In this document: positions 25,401 to 40,400 of the stretch, one piece after another | Numbering within the stretch: position 1 is the first letter of the stretch | Layout: the number at the start of each line of letters is the position of its first letter | Source: Tubiluchus corallicola | Lineage: Eukaryota; Animalia; Priapulida | Length of the DNA: 64,000 bases | NCBI GenBank assembly: GCA_030141605.1 | Contig: JAQGDQ010000561.1 | Location: forward strand, 1 to 64,000 | Reading direction: 5' to 3' | Position numbers and translations under genes: made by a program | Notes under the pieces: model-generated | Database searches by the model: none | What the model was told of the DNA's origin: nothing | Seen by the model: the letters and a program-made list of their open reading frames with translations, nothing else

Positions 25401-28400
25401 GGTTAGGGCTAGTAGACATGATGGAATGGGAAAATAGTAAGATTAGGGATAGGAAGAAGGAAGGAAGGGGAGGATGAGTGAATGAAAGAACGGTTAGGAT
25501 TAGTACACATGATGGAATGGAAAAAATAGTAAAATTAGAGATAGGAAGAAGGAAGGGAGGGGAGGATAAGTGAATGAAAGAATGGTTAGGGTTAGTAGAC
25601 ATGATGGAATGGAAAAAAACTAAGATTAGGGATAGGAAGAAGGAATGGAGAATGGTTAGGGGTTAGTAGAAATGATGGAATGGAAAAAACACTAAGATTA
25701 GGGATAGTAAGAAGGAAAAGAGGAGAAGAAACGACCACAGTTTATGTTTAATTTACATAGAGGTATATTAAAATAGCATTATAATTGATTGGAGGTCATA
25801 TATTGCGACTGCATGAGACATGGAACCATTAAAATTGTATTATAAGTATGAATGAAAAATGGTCCTTTTCAAGTACTTTTTGAAACTATAAATAGTTTTG
25901 TGTATTTTCACTAGGGCACTTATTTTATTCCAGTTATTGGGGGCTGTGAATTTAATAAAGTTCATCAAATTACAATAAATACGTTTACAAAAACACATGG
26001 ATACAGTTGCCGTACCCTTCTGCTAAATTTAACCATTTCAAAAATTCGAATATTTCGAATAGTTATAACACAGAGAATCTGAGTGCAGCTGGCACAGTTC
26101 TTAGATGTGCAATAAATACACAATGGTCTGATTAAAAAGCCTTTTTTATCACGATTCACTTTAAATTTTCAGATTATCTCCATTACTTTTTTTTCTCTAT
26201 CACTGTGTGGGACAATCTAACAAGCCCTGATTTTTGATTGCCCGCAACACATTTACCTTCGTATCTAGGTGAACAGTGTTTGAGGCTTTTTCTGTGCAGT
26301 ATTTCTTATTTGTATTATGTTCCTTGTAGGCCCTTTCACTAGATATTGTATATGTATAAGGAACAAACAGATTTTTCACCAAACGTTAACAAAACTTGAG
26401 GGGTCCTAGGCTAATGAATCTTTGCCCCCCTCCTTCCAAATGAAGCAACCCTTTAACTTTCCCGCACCCCTCCTGAAATTTTTTTGTTAGTGATATATTT
26501 TAGCTACATTTACATAATTTAAGTAAATTTATTGCTAGAATAGCAGTCCAGTTTATTTAAAGGGTCAGTATGCAAAATATTAAAATTTTATACTCATTTT
26601 CTATAATAATATATATATATATACATATTATATTGTATTGTATTGTATTGTATTGTATTGTATTGTATTGTATTGTATTGTATTGTATTGCATTGCATTG
26701 CATTGCATTGCATTGTATTGCATTGCACGACTTATGACTACCCATAAAGCAGACTTTCTTCCCCAGAAAAAACAGAAAAAGAAAATCTACATTTTCGAAT
26801 TCAGTATTTATCACCACTTTCGGGTGAGGCGAACAGTAGAGTGTGCTTGGCGAACAAAGCTAAGCAACGTTAAGCTTGACGGGTAAGCGAATGGGCATTT
26901 TTTACATGAATAGTTCAATACTAGTTCTGCGTGGCTTCATTTGCCGTGCTGATTGTGCCTATTCACCTCATTGACGGAGAATATATTCATAACTAAAGAT
27001 GGCCGAGACGTCCACCTTATTACAATGATTTTAAAGCAAAACTGGAAACAGTTTTAAACTGTAGGTCAAAACAATCTACTCTTTAAACTATTGAAAGGAA
27101 ACATACTATTTTTTCAAAAATGACTTACGTGAAAGAATTATTACCACACAAGCGCATTTTCGCGTTCGTGCTACTAGTTCTTCACTGTTACATGTATTTC
27201 GAAAATGAGTGTACAAAAAACGAGTGCTGTACTTCTCAGTTATGAAGTGTTGGTTTGTGACAAACTTCACACATTCGACAGCTCATGCGTAAGCACAGCG
27301 GTAAATTTGAAATTTGAATTTTTATCTTAGAACTTGTCTAGTTTTAGTACAAAACACTGAATATTTTACAGAAGCACTGTATTTCAATTTTCGCTCTCGC
27401 AAACACGTGCAACACGTTGTGGAATATTTTTGATGTTGAAAATTACGTTAGTTTGTGATGTCATTAATATTTGGGCTTCCCCCGCCGTTAATTAAGGTAT
27501 TAATCAGTTATTTAATTATTAGAAACACTTTTGCAGTGTTAACTGCGTTAAAATGTATACTTTTTATCCAACTTGAAAATGGTGTAGTGAGTGAAAAATT
27601 GCTTTAAATTATTAACACTTTGACAAGGAGATAAGTTTCAGTCTTGCCACAACCATCTAAATTAAACAGGATCTTTCACTCACCTGGCCGCTCTTTTTTC
27701 ATTGTCCTCGTTGTTCTTCTTCGGCTGACGAACGTTCAGCTTATTATCGTGCTTGTTGCGGATCAGTTCGCTTTTCTCCTGCTCCATCTGCTCCTTCCGT
27801 ATCCGCTTCTCGAGCACGAGGCGCGCTTTCTGCTCCCGCTTCTGTCGTTTCTCCAGCGCCTGCGCGTGCAACAGCATCGAGCGCTTGCGGCGTGCGTGCT
27901 CCTCTTTCTCCTTCTTCGCCTCGAGTTCTTCCTGCTTCTTCTGCTCCATTTCCTACACATTGTAGATTGTGTGACACGTAACACGAACTGCCAAACTTAC
28001 CGAATTACCAAGAATTCTTTTAAGGAAGCCATACAAAATACTTTGAACTACACAGAAATTTGAATAATGACATTTTTAACATAATTCAAGAATCTTAACT
28101 AAAATTTGGAAAAGTTTGAAAAAATTAACTTGTCTCTGGAATATTTCGTGCATTACAGTCACAAATTTTACATTGAAAACTTAAAAAAATCATTTGTTAT
28201 CGAATCAGAAATTTTAAGTTTAAAATTTAAGAAAAATATTTGCAATCGTCCATCCGTTTAGACATAGACATAGAACATTTATTTTCTCCAAAGTTTTTTA
28301 AATATTACGTAATTATAATCGTGGAGCAGGGCAGGGAAGGACCATAGGGTCATCTAGTCTCCTGCCCTTTCTTATAATTAGATTAGTATATTAAAAATAA

Positions 28401-31400
28401 ATGGTGAGGCTGCAGATAACAAAAACAAAAACAAATAAAAAATAATAATAATAAAAAAATAGTATAAATGATACAAATTATGAAAAAAGTGAAAACAAAA
28501 AATAATAAAGTTAGATGATACCTAAATCTAAACCAAACAATACAATTAATCAGTAATTATGATTATTATATATAGTATTTTCAAATAGGGGTGTAAAACA
28601 GTTTAGAAGGTGTAAAACGTGACTAGAAATTCGTAGTTTGAAAAAATAAATTTTAGAATAAAAACTGATATCAGTTAGGAAATTAAAACATGATAAAATC
28701 TACGTTATAAAAAAGCACAAGAGAGTTTATTAAATTACCAAACATCCAACTAACACCAGATTAATTAATTTCGTTAGCGAGTACGCACCTGGCGGGTCAA
28801 CCTTTTTGGCGAATTTCTCGTTATAAACGACGTTATCATGCCGTTGACGACGGTAGGCGTGACCAGGTTGACTGGCTTCTTAGTACTGGTGATGAACGTT
28901 TTCACTCCCTCTTGCGCAACGAGATTAGATGGCTTCCTTCCCCCGCTGCTGAATGGTTTCCGTCCGCTGGCTGGCTTCCGCCCGCTACTACCAGTGAACG
29001 AAGTACTGACACCATTTTTTCCAAGTCGGACAATCTAGAAAAAAGTACGTGCCGGGAACAGCTGATCAGAGGAAAGGCACGCGAATACAATAAATAAAAC
29101 AGAATATAACAGAACGAAATGGAACGGAACAGAACAGAAAGATATTTCTGACATCGTGCAACAAGCAAAAACCGTATTATATAATAGTTAACAATTCTGC
29201 TCGACCAATGCAATGTATTACGCAATCACTGCATTGCATTGCTCGACCAGTGCAATGTATTGCGCAATCATTGGAGTGCAATGCTCGACCAGTGCAATGT
29301 ATTACGAAATCATTGCAGTGCACTGCTCGACCAGTGCAATGTATTGTGCAATCACTGCAGTGTACTGCTCGACCAGTGCAATGTATTACGCAATCATTGC
29401 AGTGTACTGCTCGACCAGTGCAATGTATTACGCAATCATTGCAGTGTACTGCTCGACCAGTGCAATGTATTACGCAATCATTGCAGTGCAGTGCTCGACC
29501 AGTGCAATGTACCACGCAATCATCTGGACCAGCGCAATGTATTATGCAATCACTGCAGTGCACTGCTCGACCAGTGCAATGTACTACACAATCATTGCAG
29601 TGCATTGCTGGACCAGTGCAATGTATCAAACAATCATTGCAGTGCATTGCTCGACCAGCACAATTATTATGCAATCAGTGCAATGCATTGCTGGACCAGT
29701 GCAATGTATCAAAAAATCATTGCAGTGCATTGCTCGACCAGTGCAGTGTATACCACCCAACGCAGTGCAGTGTATATTGGCCAAGTCAATGTATTATGTA
29801 CTATAGTGTAAATATAACTGTTGTCTTGTTTTTCCCTACGATAGCTCATAATGACTACTAAATAATAAAATTTGTAAGTGTTAAATTTCTTAAAAATCTT
29901 GTAACTTGCAGGCTAAATTATATTATGTTGAAGTTTAAATTACAATTAAATTAAATTAAAAGACATTAAGATTAACTTTCTAAAAATGCATTAAATGAAA
30001 ACCGGACGATTGTGTCAACATTAGTTCAGAATAAAGAATGCTCTAAAATATTGAAAGCTACAATAGCTTATTTTAAATCAAATCTTAGATTAAATAATAA
30101 TTACCTCGGATACTCAAATTTTGTTAACTTTCAAAGTTACGCGCGGCTCAGTGAATCTACTAAGATTGGCAGCGGCGCCTTTTTGTCACGTTCGCGTGAC
30201 CGACAAATAGAAGGCGGCACCGTGATAACGATGATAATGAACTGTTGTGTTAGTTTCATGACGTCATATGATATAAAGCCCACTTTTGCGTTTAAACAGT
30301 GCAGGGAAGATGCCTGCCATTGCACAAACTGTGGTCCGTTTCTGACGTAAGCAATAGCTGTGTTCGACGGCCGTTAATTAACATTCTAAGCTAATTATTC
30401 AAATATAAGAAACGATTGCTAACTTTTATTAAGCAAGAAAATGCATATTAGGATAGTAAATCAAAATCAGATCGAATCTAATCAATCGTCCAGTTTTTCT
30501 TGAAATCTAAGTCTCATAAATTTTCAATACTAGACAGTAGTAATAAACTTAGTGACAGTTAAACAGAGCTATTATTTAATATCACTAATTTTACACCGTA
30601 CTAAAACCATTATCGACAAAAAACAGTATAAAGTTGGCAACCTCAAGCGAATACTAACCATCGTTGTGAGAAGCACTGCATTTATAAGGCGAAAAGATGA
30701 AAGATGGCATTTCTAACAGCAAAATACCGTCGCACAGACACCTTAATCTCATTATGATTCAGACAATGTCAGCAGTGGACTGAAGGTCTACACAGGTCTA
30801 TACGTAAAAATGTCTAGTCGTGTAATGCTTGTGTCGTGTTTTACAGAATTAAATACGAATTTCCTCCCTCATAGAAAAAATAAGAACATTAGAAGAGAAT
30901 TCATAATGTGGATTGCAATAGTAAAAATTAAGCAGTCATAATTTACATCACGCGACAGGAAAGAAAATCGATTACCTTGCTTGACGAAAACGCGGGAGTG
31001 TTGTTGGCAACGGCAACGCCTTCTCTTACACATCGGGCCTTTGTTTTCATCTACAAGAGTACGAAAGATCAATACAACTTATACAACAAATTACAACAAA
31101 AAAAACCATTAAAATTTAGTGTTTCGTATCCGTAGATGTGGGCAAATTTCTACAGTACATCTTCATTATTCGTCCCAGTTTTAACTGTATTTAATGCCAA
31201 TAGGTGACAGCACTAACGGGGCAGTTCGCCATGATTTTGGTCTTGATAAACTTTGGTCTTTTTATGTTGACATTTTTGACTTCCTGTACATTGTGTTATC
31301 AACTTTCATGAGGAGAAAGTTAGGTACAAAGGACTGAAAGGAAAATATATGAATTTGCATGAGACAAGTACGGGTTTCAATTATCCCAATAACTCCAGCC

Positions 31401-34400
31401 AAGGGTTAGCGCGGATAAAGGAGACCATGATTTACGTAGCTAAAAAATGTATTGGCACCCCAACACAAAATTTCAAAGAAACGGAAAATTATTGCCACAT
31501 ACTACATTGTAATCAGCTGTCGGCATGGGCGTGGCATAAAACTGGTCCTCTCCCGATTCACTGTCACTTTTTCCACCGTCGGGGCGGCGGCTCATCGCTA
31601 TCACCTTCTTTGCGTCGGTCGTCGTTACCTTTCGAACTTTATTCTTTAAGACGCTTCCCTAAGAGAAATAGTGGAAAGTGAAATCACTACAACAGTCTTT
31701 AAAAATAAATAGTTAAAAATTGAAAAATGAAAGCATTTTAAAATGTCATACCTCGGAGTTTTCGAACGTCTCAGTACTCATACAAACCGGTTTTCGACCA
31801 GAATTTCGGTACTCGACCAAACGCCAAGCACGTGATGAACACGTGTGCGGCGAGCCGAGCGTAACCGACTGCGCCCGAGAGTAGTCACACACGTGTTTCT
31901 GTTCTTGCTTACGTATACCATCGCACTGCTACCAACACGTAAGTTTTTTTCACGCAGGAATAATTATGTTTTTCTTTTTTATTAACTCTATTATGTTTTT
32001 CTTATCAATTATATCATATCTACTGTTTGAATAAACATTTTTGCATTATCATATTTCGTTTTAGTAAAACTTTATAGTTCATTTGGTGCTTGAGAACGGA
32101 TTATTTGCTTTTACATTATTGCTCATGAGAATAAATGATTCGTTACTCAACCAAATCAGTTTTCAAACACTTTTTAGGAACGAATCATGGTCGAAAACCG
32201 AGGTATGACTGTATGTAAATTTCACTTTACATTACATTATTGGACAAAAAGTATTTGTACCAAAGAACGAATACAATTAGCAGCTACTGTAGTCATTATA
32301 CATACCGGTGCGTCAGTGCTAGGTCGCTTTCGGGAATTCCCTGGAATATTTGGTTTTGGAGGTACGGGAGGAAGTGCCTTCTTACAGCCATCAGCATCTT
32401 GCTTAGGCATTCTGGACCTTGCAACACAACGCATACTGATTATATGACATTTTCACATCATTCAGTAAATACTGTAAACTGGAAAAAACTGCAAACAAAC
32501 TGATGCGAAGTGATATTTTTGTGCCGCATCACTGTGAATGAATTACGTAGACCAAACACTGATAAAAACTATGGCTTCATTTTACAGCAAAGCCAAGTAA
32601 TGTCCCACGTTATTAATATTCTATTGCGTGCATTTATCAACGAATACAATAACTTGCACGTTTACCAAGGCCTCTTGTTGCATTAGGGAGCGTCGCATAG
32701 TGTAATAGGTACCCGTACTGGCTCAACTTGCAGCGACGAATGCAAGCGCTGCTTTTCGTTAGCTGATCACTAACACAGGAAGTGCTTTACTGCACTAACA
32801 TTGGCCAGTGTTTTACATGATTCTATAAAATGACACCCACCATCATGTAAGTCGACATCAGGGATGAGAATGACAAATTGCAAAAAACTCTGAAACAGGC
32901 TGGGGGTTTGGGGGCCGCCAATGTGGTTGTGGAGCAAAGCCCCCCTGGAGCCAGCAGCAACAAATTGCAATTTTGTGACAATAGAGAACCTCTAAGTGGA
33001 CTTAAAATGTCAATTACCTTGTTTTATGCATAATTTAAAATACCAAACTATCAAGGATACATGATATCTAATTGTCTCAAAAACGCCTAAGTACTGGCCG
33101 CTCCTATGCAAAAGTATATAAAAACTGTCTGTAATTGACTCAAATAACTCCACACAATTGATTCTATATTTTTATACATAGAGATATACAAGTGGTTACA
33201 CTGATGTACACGATGTAAACAAAGTGACGGCCTGCCATCTAGCGGTCAGCTTGTGAAATAATGTACTAGGTCCGTAAAAATTTTCTCAACAAATTTAAGC
33301 GATTTACAAAAATGGCACTACTGGTCTTCCAAAAATTCGGAATTCCGCGTATCCGCGGAAAATTCCCATCCCTGCGACAAAGAGCCAGTAGCGAATTAAG
33401 GTGTAATTTAAGGTGTCGCAAACATTTCCACTATGCACTAATTTTACAGTTTACAGTATGCACATAATGACTAATCATACGTTCTTAATTTTAATCTAAG
33501 GTAAATTGTTAAATTTTTGAACCCAAACATAAACTGACAAAGAACGTTTGAAATTTTCTAGATGATGCCAGTTACATTTAATTTCAAAAAACATTATTAT
33601 CATTTATTACATTTATTAATTATTACAATGATTAAGCTCAAACATTAGAGACAGCTAATGTCCCCTGCTATAGTAAAAGAAAAGCTGCCTCTGTTTACCT
33701 GGTAATTCTAACAGGTTTCTCTGGGGGAGTGGCAAAATCGGCATCGCTATCAGTAGTCAGTTGAACACTCAGCGTACTAACAACAGTGTTGTCAACTTGT
33801 GGCGGAACAGCAGCAGCAGCTACACCAGACGCAGCTGCCGCGTAAGTTGAATCTGTAGGCGGAGACACGGTCGCGGCTGCTTCACAATCAGCTGGGGCGG
33901 CTTCACTCGGAGCGGACAAAGGGCACCCCGTTTCCTTTACCTGTTTTCCTCCTTCCTCCTCTGCCTCACTGTTGCTAGACTGCTTTTCCAAAACTTCCCT
34001 CTGTAGCTAAACAATTAAATGTAACTATTATTAATTTGACTTTAGGCGCAAGAAAGCCCTCCACTTACATAAAGCTTAAAAAATTGGTCTTGAAATTTTA
34101 TACCACTTACATGTTGTCTCTTTGTATACAGGGCTTGCGCCGGCAGTAACACTGTATAAAACTGGCAAATTTAAACTCCCGCGATGAACGTTAGGAGCAG
34201 CCATTTTAATGGCACAGCATTTGACACAAGTTTTGATAAAACTGCGTGAAGTTTAAGATAATTAGAGCATTCGTAGCACACATGTTACTAAGTAAAATTT
34301 TAAATTACAGTAAGTCCTCGCTTAACGACATTTTTAAGGACATCGATCATTTGATGCCTTTTTTAACTTAACGACATTTCAGGCAAACAGGAAGACACAT

Positions 34401-37400
34401 TAATCAGTAGGAATATGAATAAAACTCATAGACTGTTTAACTGATGTGATTTAAGCAGCATTGATTTTTGTCTCGGGAACGGATCTCAATCCTTTTACGT
34501 TACTTTCTACGGAAGTCTTGGCTTCATTTAGCGAAGCTTCGCTTTGTGTTGCATTTTGTTGGAACGCATTAGCGTCGTTAAGCGAGAGTTTACTGTACTG
34601 TATCTTATCAATAAGAACAAAGAACGTTTTTTGGTTAGCGAGTGGCGCACCCTGGAGCGATGTTTAAAATGAAAACAAACAAAAATTCCTTTTAACGCAA
34701 GCACAAAACTGCTGTAAAGTAATATAATTTTTTAAGGCAATTCTTCTAAAACCTACTTCAGGTACCCCTAAAATTAGTAGATTCGAATAATTCAGCACTG
34801 CAGCCACATATGTTCTTTATTATTAAAACGTTTGAAACATCAGCTGCGATTTCTGTGCGCAATCTTTAAACAAATTAGCAATTTTACTGCAGGAAAATTG
34901 AGTAATAACGCGATCTTTGTAAGACCTCTTTTTAACGGTAGTTCGAAAACTTGGTTGAAAATCTTTCAAACTCAATTCGAATTCTGTTCAAATTCGATTT
35001 ACTGAAATTCGGTTCGATTCGATTTTGAAAGTCACAAATTCGATCGGAGTTCGCTTACTGGCAGAGAATGCTCACCCCTAGTGCGCACACGGCCAAATCA
35101 CGTTGAAAACACCAGTTCTCGTCTGATCACCGAAGTTAAGCAACGAAAAGCCTGGTTAGTACTTGGACGGTTGACCGCCTAGGAAAAACAGGTGCTGTAG
35201 GCTTGCGGGATGCCCACACTGTATCTCGGCACTAGGCGGAGGAGCTGCACAAGCAGCCAACGGCTAGAGGGCGGAGGAGGTCAAGTGATCCAACGGCCGT
35301 GTGTAGAGGAGTAAACCTTCCAAATCAGGAGTGGAGCCCCGAAGGCGGACCAGTGCAGCATGCTCACAGACTCCAGCAGCTCCTGCAGCGAAACTGGTGC
35401 CAAACGTATCGCTCTGCTTTCTTTTGGACTACACCGGCGAGGAAGAGAGGGGGTTCCTGTTGTCTGGGCAACACAGGATCTCCGAACACCTTGCCCAGGC
35501 GTGCGCCCTGGAGACGTTTAATGATCGCACTGCTCAGGCACAGTCGACGCTGCAGCTCCATCAATGTGATCAATAACTGACTCTCTTGGGGCACACTCCA
35601 TTGTCTTCCGAGACAGAAGGATGCCAACACATGATATTCACAAGAAAGTTTGAAAACACATTCTTTACAATGCTAAATATCAGCAATGATACACAGCTAC
35701 CAAAAGAAAGGATTGATCAGAGCCTATCTGTGCCCTATTAATATAAACATGTCACCCACAAACATGAAAACACCAAAAATTAGGGATGTCACGGAGCTCC
35801 GACAGAACCGGAGCTTCGAAACCAAACCTCGAATTGGAACTTTGATCCGATTCGAATCGCTGACGTTCTACGTTACCTTAGATCCGACCCGATTCGGCAA
35901 AGACTTTTGAAAAAAAACTGATTTAGCTTCAGCTACAGAGACGATTCATTAATGCTTCATTAAAAAAAAACATTATAAGCTCATTTACCTCCAAAATTTT
36001 CAGCAAAATCGTGAAATCGCTGCCTTTCTTTTGATAATTTTGCCCTACGTGAAACACGCCAGCATCGCCATATTCAGTTTCAGCATGTGGCCAACTCATG
36101 AATTTATATACGTGAAAGCATGCATCGCATTACGATTTTGACGTCTAACTGTTAAGGCCAGTGTGAACCTGACTTAATAAATTTTAATTTTGTAGCCAAG
36201 GTGGCTCCATCTAGCTAGAAAGTTTGAAAGTGTGGGCATTGACCTAGTTACGTTTTCATTATGCTGTTCTGTTGTATGAGTGAACATGTGTCTTGTACAA
36301 GCTAGCGAAATTTTTCATTAGATATGCCGCAATGATGTAAGTTTATTTCTATTAATTTTTATTTTGATTTATTCATTGATTCATTATTCATTAACAATCT
36401 AACTAAATTAGCCAATGTCAGTCACCTTTACCTTTCTATTTTTTTGTTTTAAATGTTGCAGAAATAAAGATCAGTGGTTTATATGACAATTCAACTGAGA
36501 CTTTTGAAGTTGTCATAAATGCCTCTCAGAGACACTACTGATGCTAAGATTTCTCGTATTATTTTGACAGAACGTGGTTTCGCTAACAACGCACAATGTG
36601 GCTTAAACGTCCGTGGTTTTTTGTCATCCACATTACACGGACGCGTAGGTAAACGCACCCAGAGAAATTCTCCGACTAACAGGTCATTTTATATTGTTAG
36701 TCATCAGCAGAAAAAAATCTGTCACAAAATAATCAGATCATCCATAGTCTTTATTATTGCAGAATGACTGTCAAACGTGCTGCTCAGACAGGTCATCTGT
36801 AATCTTCGTGAAAAACACTGCTGTCTTATACTATCTGCTATAATTTAGTTGATAACGGCATAGATTCGAAACTGATTCGGTTCAAAGCACTATGCGAAAA
36901 TTTGAGATTCGAATAAGATTCGGATTCGAAAATTATTTCAAACTGAGATTCAAACTCGATCCGGATTCGTAAATTATTATGAAAATGAGATTCGGCGTAG
37001 ATTCGGATTCGGCAATTTCAGATTCGCGACATCCCTAAACAACATAGAACTTGAGGCAAATAACTTGTGGAAATTAGTAGCATAAGTACGAGGCAGCAAA
37101 AGAAAACAAAGTTACGCACCACTGCTGCCATCTGGCGAGTCTTCGTTCTAGTTTTTCTAGCTGGAGGATGAGCAGCGTCAGTAGGCTCGGAGACAACGGG
37201 CAGTTTCTCCAGCGACATCGACGGAGCACACACCTTGGTACGTGTGGTTCTACGTACGGGTTCTTCCGTCTCGCTATCCGTTGGACATGTGGCACTGTCG
37301 CTTTCGCTGTTTACTGTCGTCGTTTTCGTACGAGTACTACGCAGTTGCCTAGCAACGGGAGGAACGCTAGGAGGTGGTGGAGGTGCACTCGGCTGAAAGA

Positions 37401-40400
37401 AAAGTATGATTTGTGTTAGTCAAAAGGGAAAAGAATCCTAAAGAGTGTTGTAGCCCTGCCTCACACATGCTCACAATACGACTAGTATGCCTTGATATGA
37501 CAGAATATCTCAAATATCAAATATATTTATAATACTGTTGACAGAAATGTGCTGTGGTAAGGTTATCTTTGTGGAGTGACCTGACTGATCACGTAACCAG
37601 TGATACAAACATGAGACACTTAAGTTTACGATTAAATATAAAACAAAAGTATGCTGTTTCGAATCAATGGTTTTTCTCAGTATGTTGAAAAGCGAAAGTT
37701 ATAACATGTCAAAGCAAAAGTCGAAACTATGGAATGCCCCTAGCCCAGCCCAATCTCCGGGCCTGAATGCATGCAAATATTGGAATTACTGATTGCAGCG
37801 TTGACATCACCCCTGCCATTAACTGAACAAAAGACAATGCTGATTATCAGTTTTCTACTCCAGATACCAAACTTAAACTAAAGACAGTTGAAGACAGTTG
37901 AGCAAGCTAAACAGGTATAGACTGCAATAGTTATCAAAGTAGTAAGAATTTTATAATTTCTAATTCCAAGCGAAGTAGTTAGAGTTTTATAATTTGTAAT
38001 TCCAAGCAAACGTAAAACTATATACACTAGATTTAGAATTACTGCACACAAATTGGATATTGAGGGGGGGGGGAGGTCATCATAAACCAGAAATACCTGC
38101 TCACCAAAGAATATGAAAAATGTGTGAGATGAATCAAGCAGATGAAATGCAGTTTTGTATGACATGTCCTGCTTACTAAAATGAGAGAAATGTTGTATTT
38201 GAAAATATTTCCTCCTTCTGCAGATATGCCTTTGAGTGAATAGTTTATGTTTATTAATGGCATAAACGATGTAGGGATGAGAACCCTAGTTATGAACTTT
38301 ATATACAACATCAGTAAGAAAAGGGAAGAGGAACAGGACAGCAAATAACTTTAATTTGAACTCCGGGGCTGCAAAATGTGTTCTTACCATTGTTGTTTTT
38401 ATATGTTAATATTGTGCTTTTTGTTATTGTTGTGCTTGAGCTAGTATTGTGCTTTTTGTTATTATTGTGCTTGCGTTAGTATTGTGTTTTTTGTTATTAT
38501 TGTGCTTGTATTAGTATTGTGCTTTTTGTTATTATTGTGCTTGTGTTAGTATTGTGCTTTTTGTTATTACTGTGCTTGTGTTAGTATTGTGCTTTTTGTT
38601 ATTACTGTGCTTGTGCTTGTATTATGTTTTCGTTATCATTGTACTTTTGTTAGTATTGTGCTTTTTGTTATTATTGTGCTTGTGTTAGTATTGTGCTCTT
38701 GTTGTCATTGTTGTGTTAGTATTGTGCTTTTGTTATCATTGTGGTTGTGCTAGTAATGTTTTTTTGTTATTTTCGTCCCTACTATGTTTGAGCTGCTCCA
38801 TCCTATGTACAGGAACAATGAGTTTTTTCTCTTTATGTTGTAAGCTCAATAAACAGTTTATATAATTTCTAATTACCTGAACTGTTTTGTTTTGTTCTGC
38901 CGCCTTCTCTTTTAGCTTCAGCGCTATTTGCCGGACTTCTTGCCGGAAAGCGTCTTCATCTGCTCTGGCGAATTTTCTGCCCATTAACGTAGACTTCCTT
39001 CTTCGAGCAGCAGAGCTCATGGACTTTCTCGGCGGCAACATAAAACTGCGTCGAGCCGATCGCCAAATAGAGGACCTGCACGCTGCATCCGCCTTCCACG
39101 TAGAAATGCGATCCGGAATGACCGCAGTTTCGGACTTGTTCGTCTCTGCTGTTAGATCCTGACCACCTCTGGAGAGTGATCGTTTTATTTCAGAAATTTG
39201 TGCTTCACTGAGCCTCTCCACTAACACAACAGCTGTCGAGTCTCTATCATTAGTTTTTGCATGAGGCATGTCTTCAGCAGCATCTGACTTGCGCTGCTGC
39301 TCAGAATCCGTAGTACATTCGCTCACCGTTTCCGTATCCGTTGCCGTAGTAGACGGGCTCGCGGCCATTTTCTCCGGCGTTCCTCTCATATGTTGGAACT
39401 TGTTCTTAATTGCACTTACTAAGTTTGTAACCACGCTTCTCGCAGACGGAATCTTCTGCATTTCATTGTCCAGTTCTTCCAAAGCGGCGTTGCGGCTTGG
39501 AGACAAAATTCGCAGGGATTTGACGGGAGAAATGCACACCACGGCCGAATGTCCTACAGCTTCCTCGAATGCCTTAATTCTGGACTTCACATTAGGACTC
39601 GTGTAGGGAGAAAACCGCGCCTTCCCGGCGTTTCTACAAAGATTCGAAGCAGGAGATTTCGGTGACTGCACAGCCGGTAAAGCCTGAACTGTTTCCATCT
39701 CCGCAGTTTTCTGAATTTCACATCCCTCAAAGTCTACACTGTCAGCAGCACACGGAGAATCAACATTTTCTTGAGGCACGTTCACATTTTTATCAACATT
39801 ATCACAGCTGTCTGTGCTTACCGAAGCACCACTAGAAGGTAAACCATTTCTGTCATCAGCCTGCAGGACATTGGAGGTCGCCTGATTTTCCTGATCGGGA
39901 AATAATTCATCTGAACTGACGTCGGTGCCCGGCAGACATCGTGCCAAATCACTCTCTTCATCGGCCGTTTCTCGTCGGTCTCCACATTTCCCTAAATGCA
40001 AGATAAACGCGATAAGCAGCAGTTTTTGAAACTCACACAAGATGCATTTAGTACGTAGAGTAAAAACAAAGATTCTGTAATTCTACCGTGAACAGGAAAT
40101 TGAACAGTTATAATTACACATGCGTTCAAAAGAGTTATTAATTCAAATGTTACTTCTTATGAAAAAAAAAATGCTGGCATGGGAAAACACGCAGGTTAAC
40201 AGACATACAGTTAGTAGCTCAAATTTTTAAAGCGGCCGAGTCATTAAGGAAAAACCGGACGCAATGCTACAGCTCAAAATGAATCATACATATAAAATAT
40301 TAAAAGTATTGTTTTTTTAAGAACGACTTACGTGAAGGAATTATGAAGTCAGAAGTATGATCTAACTACAGACTGGTGAAGTGCATGTAACTGCGAAAAA

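Noticed and set aside
29177-29861. Cys/His-rich metallothionein- or keratin-like ORFs
   Set aside because: A 42-bp tandem repeat open in several frames on both strands; no gene signals.
35085-35204. Functional 5S rRNA gene (also 22100..22220)
   Set aside because: Diverged box C and terminal stem, no oligo-T terminator, dispersed copies with a shared downstream body; better explained as a SINE.
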